The notes under the pieces were generated by a model, which was not told the DNA's origin, ran no database searches, and saw nothing but the letters and a program-made list of their open reading frames with translations. A stretch of DNA of 64,000 bases from Podarcis tiliguerta. Taxonomy: Eukaryota. The stretch lies in NCBI GenBank assembly GCA_965153285.1, contig OZ229115.1, one strand, 5' to 3'. Below are positions 12,691-25,404 of this stretch, in pieces (the stretch's first letter is position 1; every line of letters starts with the position of its first letter). Made by a program: the position numbers and the translations under genes.

Positions 12691-15600
12691 CAGGCTTAAA
12701 AGCTTTCTACTTTATATTACTTCCCCTATTCCCCTATTACAGGGCTAGGCATGAGCATGGCAGCAAGGTTCTAGGTCTTGAGCCCTGGTGAGCTCCGCCT
12801 ATATATATATAACCCCAAATGAATGCTTCATGTGCCTAATTTTTGACAGTATTTATTTGCCTGTTACCTAAATTTATATCCTGCCTTCCCACACAGAAGT
12901 GCCCGAGGTAGCTAATAACTAAAAAATGAAATGAAAGCAATCCTGTAAAATATGTAACAGTATGGAGACAAATAGAGGTGCAGCCCCTACAAAACAGATC
13001 AATAACAGTGGCTGGGTAACCAGTTAAAGCAGAGAGAATAAAGTGAGCCCTAAAAACAGGCTTTGGACTTCTTGCCACAGGCATACATTTGGGTTGAAAA
13101 TCACAAGACTTCTGGACCTTGCAGTTCTGGCTAGTTTTCAGGCAGGCTCAGTTCTTGGCTCAGTTTTGTCTTTTCCTTCGCTAAGTGCTATCTGCATCCT
13201 CCAGCATCCCAACATATGGGTATCATTCCTTTTTTAAATGCATTTGTGCCCCCCAAATACTTTTGGAGGGGTGGAATTATCTTAATCTTTGCCCACTTTT
13301 AAAAACACATGCAGTGCTTTGCATTTTTTAAAAAAAATAATACTATTGCAATTTAATATCCTCTGGTTTTAGTGGGAACTACTCTTGAGTAAATGGATAC
13401 TAACTATTTTTATATTTATGCTGGTAAGTTGTTTTAAATTGTTTTCAATATGGTGTTTGATACTGTAACCCACCCTGGGGCCTTAAGTTCAAGGGTGAGT
13501 AACAAACAAATCAGCACAACATTGGCAATATTACTGCTAGAGCCAGGACAAAGAGTTGAATCTGGCTTAATTCAATAGATTAAATGATCCTAAATATATC
13601 TTACCAGTGGCATTATGGTCTCTTCACATAAAAGAAAATAGCAATCCCTGCAGGGCCAGGGCCAGTCCTCAGGGAGCTCTTGGCACAGGGCCAACAATGG
13701 CTTCACCCCTCCAAATGGAGCAGAGCCCAGCTCTGCTTATGGTGCCCATAGTGTCAGCTGCCCCACATTTTCTCTGCTGCCTCTGCTTTGGCAGTGGTGG
13801 TAGAGCCACTCAGCAGTCTCCATAGATCTATGACATCGTTTACATTTTGGGTAGCTTAAAAATGGTGGGTGGAAGCTGCTTGGCTCCCATTCAAAAGGGG
13901 CCCCACTGTTGAAAAGCACTGAGGGAGCTAGTAGGGATCGAAGTGAAACGCAGTGTGGCTGGGTTGGGCTGGGGCCGGAGGGCTCTTCCATTACCCTGGT
14001 GCCCTCAACCAGTGCTCAACCTTGCTGACTGCTGGTACTGGGTCTGACTCTGTGCACCTCCATTTCTCATGCCGTAAGTCTGCACCTACACCAATTATTT
14101 TGGTGTAGAACAATTTAACAGTTTCCTGAAGGATAAATATCTGCTTGATCCCTCCAGTAGCTGCCCCACAGGTGTCAAATGCTCACTTGCTTTCCACCAC
14201 CCGACGCCCAAGCCAACCATGTATTTTACGGCATTATTCTCTTCCTTTATAAAGAAAATTCTTTGCCTTCCTTGCTGTGCAGAACAGACCAAATGTGACT
14301 GTTCAAGCACACATTCACCTGGTGCTAGAGTGTTCGCTGGCTTGAAAGGAATCCACAGCTAACGCCCAAATGTAAATAAAAGATCACTGGGAAAGATAAA
14401 AGAAGCAGAGAAACAAAGAAGGTGCCAGTTGACTTGTTTAGCTCTCACTGCAGGTCTTTTTGTTGGCCTTTTTGCCAACCCGTTTGCATAACATGAGGTG
14501 CGGTCCAGATCTCAGCCGCTTTGAGATGAAGACTTAGAAGCACAGAGTTGCATCAAGCAGTACATGCGTCTCATATTCCTGCCTCACTTATTGTGACTGT
14601 ATTAAAGTCTCCCACCTGGCTATATAAACAAGAGGTGTTGCTGTGACCTGACCTATACTACCCATATTTCTGTAGCTTGCATTTATGCTTCAGAAGATGC
14701 TATTTTTAGCAAGTCCGTACATAGGTTTTCCACTATTAATTTGCTTGTTTGATATTATTACTTTAGAGTTTTAAGGAGCGTAAACAGCCAAGGTTTCTGC
14801 AGAAGAAGCTTTCAGGCACTTGCAAAGAAAAGACTTTGAGATGCCACGTTACTTAGGAAGTTAGCGATCTTGTTCGTCATTCATGGGACATTGTACACTG
14901 TGTCAGCCAACCACTATGATGCGTGTGATGGTTCTGCAAATGTATAGAGATCTTCCAAAAAAACCAAAAAACAGTGATCTACCAACAACTGCTCTGTGAG
15001 AAGGATTCCAATGGGGAGTGAGAGAGAGGCAGCTTCTCAACACCCACCACCACTCTACAATCAACCGCCTTTTGGAAAGGATTTTAATTCTTGCAATTTA
15101 AAAATACAGAATTGAATATTACTTGTAAGCCATCCTTGGTAGGATTTATATCTGGAAAAGTGGCATATAAATAACTGAAACAACAACAAACAATACCGGA
15201 GGGACCAACAATGCAAACCCCACTCAAAATATTCTGGTTGCTTAGCAAGTTGGATTGCCAGCTGCAGATGGAGATTCCCACTGAGAATGCCCACATTCCT
15301 ATTCAACCCTTTCCTTCTCCTCAGCGTCTCCACTTGTCTCACCCTATCAGGTCTGGAGTCTGAGAAGTTCTTGGAGTGGCGGTATTTGTCAGGAACAATT
15401 TAGCAACAGATCGGCTGACCAGCAGATGAAGGAAGGTGCACAGGATGACTTAATTGAAACAGATGGTTCTGGATTTTCAAGCAGGGGGACTTGAGGGAGG
15501 CATGGCCAAGGCTCACCTGCATTTGATAGGTTACGGAAAGGTGCTCGCCCACTGCAGCTGCTCCAGGAATTGGCAGATTGGCTCAGTGAGGGGCATGGAA

Positions 15601-16171
15601 TTGCCTTCCTGGTGACTTCAGTGCCCAGGAAAGGGTGCTCACTTAGGGCCTGCTTGTGTTTGTGTTTAAGAAATACAGTCGCTCTGTAATGTTTTAAACT
15701 GAAACAATCAAAGCTATACTGGGTTTCAGTGCACAAGATTTGTTAATGGCTATTTGAGGGAAGTTTCTACAGCCAGTTTTTGAAAATGAAAATGTAGCAT
15801 TTCATACCAAAGGTTTACATTAAACTATATCAGAAAAACAATAAATCTGTGGCTCTACAGCCCCTGTGTTTTTGGTCAGAAGAATGAAGTTCTTCAGAAA
15901 ACTAAACTCAGAAGCAAACGTCTCTTCTTGTTTCCAGCAGAAGCTGGCTGTACAGAGTGCCAACTGGCTGACCCTTGTGACCATCACAGAGACACCTCCC
16001 TCCTCCCACTGTAGCCTGCTATTCACAGTTATGATTGGCTGGCCCTTTGGGTAATCAAGAAGCTACTCCCCAATGTTACAAAGTAGAAACCACCTTGGAT
16101 TGGTTTAAAAACAAAAAAGTGCCAAATAAATGTTTGACTTCATAAACATGTCAGGCCCGTAACATATACAT

Positions 16172-16202
<31 letters not shown>

Positions 16203-16203
<1 letters not shown>

Positions 16204-16312
16204 GCTTTCGTAGATTTTCACGGGTACAGGAATGCAGGTTTTGGTGTCCTCGGGTGTCTTCCCGTGTAAAACTTTTACACGGGAAGACACCCGAGGACAC
16301 CAAAACCTGCAT
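16203..16312. mobile_element. Perfect hairpin (40-bp arms) embedded in (TA)n; probable Penelope-like element terminal remnant
   Basis: Arms 16232-16271 and 16273-16312 are exact reverse complements around a single C. About 29 nt of unpaired extension (16203-16231) lie on one side, with (TA)n on both flanks. The hairpin is certain; the Penelope-like assignment comes from architecture and recall. Confidence 0.65.
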
Positions 16313-17200
16313 ATATATATATATATATATATATACACAAGAGAGAGAGAGAGAACCTGCATAAAGCATGGGGAAAGACAGAAAATCATTGTTTGGCACA
16401 GGAGTCACAGGAGTTAAGGCAGAGATGTGTAGACCTTGCCTACAGCAGAAAAAAGCAATGCACTGGTTCCTGTAGGTAGGTACATCTGCATTCTCTCTAT
16501 CTGCCTTTGTTCCCAAAATATGAGTACTGGGAGCTAGAGGTCTTCCTATTTAGATTACAGGATGTGGGGTTCTAATTGCCTGCTTGGAATTACATGGAAA
16601 TTCTCCTACAGGCCAAACTACACATGCACCATCAGTCACATGTAGTCACCCCCCCCCCCCGATGTATTATTTTTATAAATTGCAGCTTTATAACCTGTAA
16701 TTTGTAGAGGAAGACTCACATGGGGGAGGGGCTTTCTGAGCTTTCTCCTTCTACTTCCAGTGGTTTTCCTACTAAAATTGCCCTCTGTGCTGTTTCTGTC
16801 ACCAGCTGCGGAAGATATATGAATACCTGAGCTTCTCATATTTAGCAGAAAAACTGCCCGTTGGGAAAGGACTAAGAATTGCCAATAACCCCTTGCATGA
16901 GTTTTCTGCTGCAGACAGCAGCCTCTGTGTCTGTATTTCTGTGAAGGGAAGAAAGGAAGCATCAAGTACATGCAACTGAGAATCACGTGTAGCTTGGTCC
17001 TAAAATAATCTAAGCTTATGACTTCATCCTTGAGTACATGCCCAATATCTAATGGTGAAACCTCTTGCTACCAAATGAAGGACTTTATGATTTGCAATCT
17101 AGGGCTCTCGGTCATGATTGCTGGATAGGTGGGGGCTGTTTGAAATGGTGTGTGATCTCTTTTCTGGGTCTTCCTTGAAATGCATCAAAACTGACTACAT

Positions 17201-17646
17201 CAGTGGTTTTCAACCAGTGTGCCGTGGCACCTAGGGGTTCCTTGAATCAGGGGTGCTGTGGTCAACACTTCTCTCTGTCCCTCTTTCTTTCCCTCCCTCC
17301 CTCTGATGCCCTCTTGTGTCTCTGCCTCCCAAAGGCTTGCACAGCTGTTTATTATGCAGTTCTGGCTGTAAGCTCCGCAGGTGAATGGGGCCTCTAGGAG
17401 GCACCTCCCTTTGGGGCGAGGTGGGGGGTGGGTGGCATCTCAGAGAGCAGGGGCAGCAGAAGCAGCTGCCAGAACGACTCCCAAGGAGAAAGGAGAGGAG
17501 AGGAGGCTGAGGGGAGGGTGTTTGAAAAAGGATGAGAGGCTGCCAGCTCTGCAGACATAACTGGACTCCTGAGCCCCACAGGGGTGCTGCAGAAAGAATG
17601 GAGTTGGTTAAGGGAGCCGTGGACTCAAAAAAGTTGAAAACCTCTG
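17201..17646. mobile_element. Non-autonomous hAT-type DNA transposon
   Basis: Terminal inverted repeats (TIRs) cagtggttttcaacc and agttgaaaacctctg; degenerate 8-bp flanks gactacat and tattacat. Confidence 0.7.
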
Positions 17647-19140
17647 TATTACATAATTAGTTACATAATTAATTGTGTTAGCTTCACCCATAGCAGATAA
17701 TGAGACAAACAATGGAAGGCAAACTGCAGCGGAATGGAAACAGCACTGATTGCAATTAACACAGAAAAGGGTTATAAATAAGTTGGCCAAATTCAGCTTA
17801 TGCAACCATAGTTGATTGGGAGCTCCTGCACAATCAGCCCACTTCCCCAAGTGATCAGACTTTTTTGCAGCAGGTAAAAGTGACAGGCAAATGCGCTGGA
17901 AGGTGTGAGACATTACTTGTTTTGACACACAACGTCATCTAACTTCCTTGCAAACAAATCAGAATAAATGTTCATTAAACAGCCAGCATTGCCTAATCTC
18001 CCTGCAAACAAATCAAGATGAATGCTCAATAAAGAGGTTGTCTGGAAATGCTTTAAGAAAAGGGACAAGATGTCCCCCACCCTTCACCAAGTGGGTTTTT
18101 TTTGGGGGGGGGCATTAAGCCTTTTTTCCTGGTAAACTACTCTGTGACTATTTTTGGTCAAGGGCAGCGAATAAATCTCTTAACAAATAAAATGAAGAAA
18201 GTGCATGTGTTGATAACAGATGGTGCCAATTCAAGATTATGGTCTCTTGTTCCTTCTGCATGCCTCTGTTGCCAATGCAAATGCTGAGTCATGAGATGCT
18301 GCTAGGCTGTGCTCCTACCCACTGTAACCAGAGCAAAGCAAAATGGAAATAAAGTAAGCAGTGACTTGATGGAGAAAATGAAGCCATGAGGACACACATT
18401 TGCCGCTGACCTTTCTCAGATCTAATTCAGTGTTTTTGGAACTTCAAGAAAGCTTTCCAAGTGGTTTAGTGTGCACGCACGCACACACATACACACACAC
18501 GCACGCCTCAGTTCCATCTCTGGAGGATTAAAAGGTAAATGTTTCAGCATTAGCAACTTCACTACTTTGGGGAGTAATAGCATGTTTATGTTTCCATCTC
18601 TTTCCCAAAACCTTACTGAGCACTTCCTGAGATCAGAGACAGGACAGTGGGTGAGGTGTGTGTATATTTCTCTTATGATCTCAGGCCAAGGTTTTGACCA
18701 CTGGCCCCGGGAGATCAACGGAGGGCAGTTGGATAGCCTGATAAAGAGCATGGCAGCTGAGAAGGAAAGAAAGCATCAAAGCCTCTTGATGTTGTTACGT
18801 CCCACATCTGGTGACCCACAGTTTGGCTAAAAAAATAATAAAAAAATAGCAGCCTTTAACCAGGCCACCTTCTCAAAAAGGGAGGGATCAATGGAAAAGA
18901 AAACACACTTCTCTATCAACTACAGTGTTGTGCTTCCAGCCAGAGTGCATTGCTTTCTCTACTTTGCAAAATCTGAAAAGCAAATATCAGCCGTGAGCAC
19001 AAAAGTGGGGGAAGGCCAGGAATCATGGGTCTCAATTTTAACCCTTAAATTATAATTATAAAACGAGGCAACTGTAGTCTATGAGTAGAGCTACTACCCA
19101 ACTGCTTCTAAACTGGATTATTTCACCTCATTTCAGGCAG

Positions 19141-19255
19141 ATAGGAACATACGGAGCTGCCTTATACTATGTATAAGCCCACAACCCTACCTAGAGATGG
19201 CAAGGAATGGACTTGGGACTTCTACATGCAAGCAGATGTTCTACCACTGAGCCAT
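19141..19255 (-). mobile_element. Degenerate tRNA-derived SINE (Squam2-like)
   Basis: gagctgccttatact tail and catgcaagcagatgttctaccactgagc head, shared with five other copies in the window. Confidence 0.6.
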
Positions 19256-20663
19256 GCCAGAAGCCAGAAGTGCAAGATCAAGGGAAGTGAGTGGCCAAAT
19301 TTGAAAGGAAATACATTTTAAGTGATACAGATGAGAAAATGCCATATTTGTTGTTGTTGTTGTTCTCTTGAAGGTAGTGGGACCAGGGGGTAAAACCTTT
19401 TTCTGTCCCGGAAACCTAACAGTGCTCATTCAGGGAAATGGGGTGACTCAAGCTTACCCAACTTACCAGGTTCTGCCCTGACTCCACCTATCTTGGTCTC
19501 TATCCCCTGGTCTTGTGAGAGGGACCAGGAGCATAATGCATGTATGTGGGTCTATATGTCTAGATAAGAAAGGAACCTGGCGCCACGATCCTAAGTACAA
19601 TTATTCTCTAGACAAGGGCTGCTAGGTAGTTCATCAGTAATGATGCCTCTGTTGTTTTGAAGGGCATTTATATTTGAAGGGTATTTGCATATCCGTTATA
19701 ACACAGTAAACACAATTGATCAGGGCTTCTGGGCACATATTTACTGTGAGTTTTCAGGCTGATGAATGCCCTTCAAATGTTTTTTTAAAAGACCAAGTCA
19801 GAGGATGCCTAGGACTACATCCTTGATAAACAATGGGTTACATCAGAGACACTGAAAACTAAATGCAGAAGCCCCCACACTCTGAGTGTCAGTGCTGGGC
19901 ATTGTGGCTGGAGGCAAGAACCATACAGTCACATTATGGACCCCCGGTCTATAAATCAGAAGGATTTCTCCATGGCTTTGGAATTACCGTAATTGCCTAC
20001 TGGGCTCCACCAGACACAACACTACAGGCCTTTTCAAAAGACCCTAAGACTTTACCCCCCCCGCCCCCCAGGCAGCTTTACTTTGAAGATTTTTATCATA
20101 ACTATTATTACAATTATTATTATGCTTTTGCTCTTGGATTTGATTCTATTGTTGTGATTGTGGGTGGGCTGCTTGTTTTATCTGTTGCTGGTATCCTCCC
20201 AATATTTTATTCATCAACATTTTAACCATTATTTCTGTGTTTTATTGTAAGCCACCCTGAAAGAGTTTACTGTCAAATGAGACACTTAAATATTTTTAAA
20301 GAAAGAGGAGTGTAACACACTGTAACCAGAAGGGTCAACTGAGAGTAGAGGGAGGAAAAAGAAGGGAAGGCTGGCAGAATATTGAGAATACGTATACTGT
20401 TGTCTGCATGGCTTATCAACGGAAGGGAAGCTATTTGTCTCTGACAGGAAATGGGCAGCAAAGCTTTGCTGCTGCACTGCATTGTGATCCAAAAAGGGGG
20501 GGGGGGCACATTCTCTCACTTATTGTAGAACTTGGTTGTTTCCTCCCCTGAGTCTGGGAATCTGGAAGAAGAGAAGGTTGAGCTATTACTAGAAGTTGGG
20601 ATGTAGAGGTGAATTGGACATAGCAGGGAAACACTTGAATCCAGGCCTTGTAGGCGGATTAGT

Positions 20664-20786
20664 CATGACCCGGAAAGCTGTGGACAAACGCCGGCTCCCT
20701 CAGCCTGAAGCAAGATGAGCGCTGCAACCCCATAGTCGCCTTTGACTGGACTTAACCATCCAGAGGTCCTTTACCTTTACCTTTAC
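20664..20786 (+). mobile_element. Sauria SINE 3' fragment
   Basis: gccggctccct...gatgagcgctgcaacccc...(acctttt/acctt)n tail; reverse-complement match to 9669-9790. Confidence 0.8.
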
Positions 20787-22100
20787 ATAAGCATACATGA
20801 TCATGTACAAATACAGAGCAGAAAGAGAGAAGACGAGAACTAGGTGGAACATGCCACAGATGCTTTTGGAGAAGAAGAAAAAATACAGATTAATAAAATG
20901 ATACACTAAAAGAAACATGGAACTCATCCAAAATGAATGCACAGTCAATTCTCCTATCACACCAGTGACACCATCATAAAACGTAGAGCAGACTTTGAAG
21001 GAGAATCTAGGTTGAGATCTGTGACCAGAGTTCCCAATATGTTTTTCCCTTTTAAAAGCACCTCTGAGTGCCCCCAAATTTACATGGGAGTGTATATGGA
21101 TTCAGTGGCTATATTCCAGTGATCTCAATGAGACAAACATCCTCATGAGTACATATGCGTGTACACAAGGGCTCTGTTTGTATCAAAGAGAATTTCATTT
21201 GGGTTTCCGCAGACAGAAGTCAATGGAAGCCACTTAAATGTGAAGAAAACATGGGGTTTTCCTGCTATAATGAGGGATGTGTCATCCATAATGACCGAAA
21301 GCTGCCTGTTCAGAGAGCGGGAATCCACATCAGTCATGGTCCCCCTCCCCTTTCTTTCCTGGTTTTGCCGAATTAATTTTAATGTGCTATAGCAGCTGTT
21401 GTATGTTTGAAGCTAACGGGAAGCTGGTGCCCATGACCTCACAGGATCTCTTCTGGGAAGAGCCGTGCGCGCGCATGGGTGCATGAATGGTGTGGGTGCA
21501 ATTCAGCCAACCAGTTTCTCACAAATGTCTGCCATTGGGGGAATGAGTGGCATCCAGGACTGGTCACCTTCAACACACCCAGTTTTTCCTAGGACATAAA
21601 TGCTGCTCCACGTCTATTCCAGCTAAAGAAATAAAAGAGCCTCTTAAATTTACAGGCAGCCTCTTTTTCACAGCAGCTGTTCCACCAATTCATACTGTGG
21701 TCTTCATGGCTCTAACAAATCACTTTATCCGTATTCCTGGCTGAAAGCAGTAGGGAGTTGCAAGAGGATGATGATTTGGGTACCTGGGTCTCAGAGAAAG
21801 CAGACCTGCATCCAATATATGGATTTATGTAGTCACCATTCCCTCTTCTAAGCATCCTCCCGTACCCCAGACTGCATCATTGCAGAGCAAATACAAAACA
21901 ACCTACTCTCTCCAAATCAGAGTTCCATACTGGTTAGTAGTTACCATTTCTGGCTGTATTTCTCTCCCCACTATAGGTCTTTTAATAATTCTGACCAGGT
22001 CCTTCTTGCCATTTGGCCTTTTTTGTTTTTGTTTTTTTAAATCTTACTTTTCTTTGCAACCTTAAAATTGGGGTGGAAGGAGAAGGGAGAGATCTTAGAA

Positions 22101-22227
22101 CAGGCATAGGCAAACTCGGCCCTCCAGATGTTTTGGGTCTACAACTCCCATCATCCCTAGCTAACAGGACCAGCGATCAGGGATGATGGGAGTTGTAGTC
22201 CCAAAACATCTGGAGGGCCGAGTTTGC
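22101..22227. mobile_element. Palindromic MITE (hAT-like), right terminus clipped
   Basis: gcaaactcggccctccagatgttttggg...catcatccct pairs with agggatgatggg...cccaaaacatctggagggccgagtttgc (arms of about 48 bp). Confidence 0.85.
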
Positions 22228-22309
22228 ATTCTTGTATAGGAACTGGAATAAAAAGAAAGAGGCATTAGAATTTAGAAAATACTTAGTGTGGTGGGGCATA
22301 ATAGTTGCA

Positions 22310-22436
22310 CATAGAATCATAGAACTGTAGAATTGGAACCAAGAGGCTCATCTAGTCCAACCATCTAGTTTATCCAACGTGGGGCTCAAACCTATGACCC
22401 TGAGATTAAGAGCCTCATGCCCTACTGACTGAGCTA
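22310..22436 (-). mobile_element. tRNA-Lys(CTT)-headed SINE with CR1-like 3' tail (not a functional tRNA)
   Basis: Minus 22436-22374 reads TAGCTCAGTCAGTAGGGCATGAGGCTCTTAATCTCAGGGTCATAGGTTTGAGCCCCACGTTGG, similar to tRNA-Lys-CTT. It is followed by ggttggactagatg...ttctatgattctat, a CR1-type end. Confidence 0.8.
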
Positions 22437-23609
22437 CATCAAGAAGCTAAAAACACTGCGAAAAGTTCTGTGTTCTAATGGTGGCTTCGGACACATTTAA
22501 TTTGCTCTGCCTTAGGTATCAAGCTGTGTTAATGTAGGTATGATGTGTGTGTGTTTCCCTAGACCACTCAACATGTACTGTCTTATCTATTTTGTCTGTG
22601 TTACTTTGGACTTATACTAGATCAAACCTTAGACAAGCCTTCAGAAGCAGGGCAAAGAGGCAGCTATATAGGACTGTATCAAAATTAATCAGCCGCGACT
22701 AGTACCCGTTAATCTAGACCTGCTCATTTTGCTTCCAGCTCCTGCTGTGCCAAACAGTTGCTCCCTTGGCCAGGGAGTTGCCCAACCCCTGATTACTATG
22801 ACAGGGTCTCAAACTCCACCCCATCCCAGGACCCAACAGAACATACTCCCCACTAAGGAATACACAGGGAGAGGAGGAGGCAAGCTTTCCTTCCTCCTTC
22901 TCCCTCATCTTCCTCCCTGTTTGCACCACACAGGCAGGCTGTGCTACATCAGGAGAAAAAGCATCCTGCTGTATCATGCAGCTGGCTGCTGCTTGCCAAT
23001 TGAGATGCTAAATGCTGGGGATAAAGAGCTTGTGGAAAGATAATAAAGCAAAGGGGAGTAAATTAAAGTAGCTATAAATAGCACCAGGAGAATGGAGAAG
23101 GGATGATGTCATCCACATTTACATAAGCTGGTATTTCTATCCATTCTTCCACACAGACTCACTTCTCCTCCTGCCCCAGCACTGGAAATGGAGTAAGCAG
23201 GAGTTGGGCCACTCCCTTACATGCAGCCACCCTTAATCCAGCATGCTGGCACGTGACCCCACTTTTTTGGTCATAGCATCAAATCCATATCTCCATACCC
23301 AGCATGTTGAAAACAGGAGCTGAGCATTTCCATGCAGAGCACGTGGGGTGAAGCAGTCATGTGGCTGCCCCACGATGTGCCCACTGCCCCTCCACCTGTC
23401 GCGATAGCTGCTGGGTGTGGATTGCGTGCTGGCACCATAGATGTGGGTTGTATTCTGAAAGGTTCTTCTTGCAAAGTAACTGGCACAGATCAGCCAGGCC
23501 GGGATTGCCAGCACATCAGTGTGATTGTACAAATGGTCCATAAATGATTTAAGATGGGAATAGGCAGAAAATTCTTGTTTATTACTTACATAGCGTTAGC
23601 ACACTCAGG

Positions 23610-23780
23610 AAGCCACCTTATACCAAATCAGACTATTTGTTTCTCCAGCCCAATACTGTCTATTCCAGTTTGCAGCAGCGCTTCAGGGTCCCATTACCTG
23701 CCACTTTTGAGATGAAGGTGCCAAGCACTGATGACCCTGGTATCTCCAGTGTGCAAAACATATGTTCTAGCACTGGGCTG
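23610..23780 (-). mobile_element. Degenerate tRNA-derived SINE (Squam2-like)
   Basis: Similar to the copies at 19141, 25277, 40676, 52988 and 55276. Confidence 0.55.
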
Positions 23781-23832
23781 CTGTTATCTCCCAGGTAAAT
23801 GACCTATGTGATAACCCTCTTAATTGTAAGGA

Positions 23833-24213
23833 CTAGGAATGGTCAAGGAATTTGATTCATTTCGCATTTAAAGTAAATACGAGAACAAAACACAGCCATC
23901 CTTTGAAACTCACACTTATCTGAATTCTGTGGGGCAGTTCTGCGTACATTAGGTTAAAGTTTGCATAAAGACAAATACATTCGTGAAAATAACAAGCAAA
24001 AATGGGTTATATTAGGAGAAATGGCTTGCAAAAATGTGTACATTAGTCAGAACTGGATACAAAATACACACTATACTGCTGAAGAAGTTTCATGAGGATT
24101 TCCTTCTTTGTTTAAAAATTTGCAAATGGCTGCTTAAATGTGGAGAACTGAATTTAAGATTGGAAAAAAGAGAGCCTGAGAGAACAAAAATTGTCAGATC
24201 CTTCTATTTCTAG
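23833..24213 (+). mobile_element. AT-rich non-autonomous interspersed element (probable DNA transposon)
   Basis: Reverse-complement homologue of 59198-59626 (shared acacagccatcctttgaaa, gcttgcaaaaatgtgtacatta and ttaagattggaaaaa blocks). Confidence 0.7.
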
Positions 24214-25022
24214 TAAAGACTGGGCCATAAAGGAAGAATACAGGAAGAAGTCATGACCTCTGCCACTGAGTTATGGCCTCTCCCGTTTTTTTGCACTCCT
24301 CACCTCATTCTTCCTTCCCACATACATACAGCCCTGTGACAAATGGCAGATCATTAGACTCGCCATTTTACAGCTAGTGCTCTGAGGCTGAAGAGCAGCC
24401 ACTTGGTCATGGCCACAAACTGTATTCAAGGTTGAGCTGCACTACTACTGACTTTTATCTGTTTATGTGAATGCACACAGCCAGAAGCAGTAGACACGTC
24501 AGCAATATGAACACAGAATAATGCTTCTCTTCCTGCCTTCTGAAAGGGGATACAAAAACTAAGCAAGAAGACTATTTTACTCTTGTGTCAAAGCAAGGTC
24601 ATGTTCTCTTTTCCCCTGGTATCAACTACTGACTCCTATTTATATGGTTATTTGCACAGAGGTCTCTGTTATTGCAGGCATTTATAGCTATTTTATATAG
24701 GTGTAATTACAAGGCAAGACTGAATGTGGGACAAGGGTGTATGTGGGGAATAGGACAGGATATGGCAAAGTGGTTAGGGCATCCACTTCTCAGACTAATA
24801 TTAACACCAGAAGCTTTATATAGCACTTCTATGGCCAAGCATGGTCTCCAAAGAACTTTAGAATTATGGAGTGAAACCTCACACCACTAAGGTGTGATGG
24901 AAATAATTTAGACATACAGAAGGTTAAAATGGCAAGCTAAGGTCACACAGTCAGTCAGCAGCAATGCCAGCATCATCCCTATGAACCCAGGTAGCCCATA
25001 CCTCTCTTGACTTGCTGGGTAT

Positions 25023-25024
<2 letters not shown>

Positions 25025-25059
<35 letters not shown>

Positions 25060-25064
25060 TGTGT
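25025..25064. repeat. (CA)n followed by short (TG)n microsatellite
   Basis: Direct reading. Confidence 0.95.
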
Positions 25065-25276
25065 ACATGCTGAGAAATGGGGAGTTAATCAACATTTCCC
25101 AAACTCATAACCTGAAACATTGGAATGAGTTAAGTTTTCATATTTAAATGGCCCATCCATTCGCAGGAGCAAGTTTAAGATGTGTTCCTCAGCAGGGAGG
25201 TAGCCTAAGGCCTGGATGAACAAAGAACATATCTGCATTTTATAAATGCAGATTATTGACACAGGATTCTTCAAAA

Positions 25277-25404
25277 GGACCACAACTCAGTGGAAGAGCG
25301 CATGCTTTCAATGCAGCTGTTCTCAGGTTCAATCAGTTCCGGGCAAATCCTAGGAGACTGCTGATGGTCAGCTCAGACAATACTGAGATGGACCAATGAT
25401 TTGA
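25277..25404 (+). mobile_element. Degenerate tRNA-derived SINE (Squam2-like)
   Basis: ctcagtggaagagc A-box-like and caggttcaatc B-box-like head; agacaatactgag...gatggaccaatg tail. Confidence 0.6.

Noticed and set aside
13650-14046. Possible old hAT-like element
   Set aside because: Termini and TSD could not be defined with confidence.
22374-22436. tRNA-Lys gene
   Set aside because: The acceptor stem is missing, there are several substitutions in the D and T arms, and it is fused to a CR1-type tail, so it is a SINE head.
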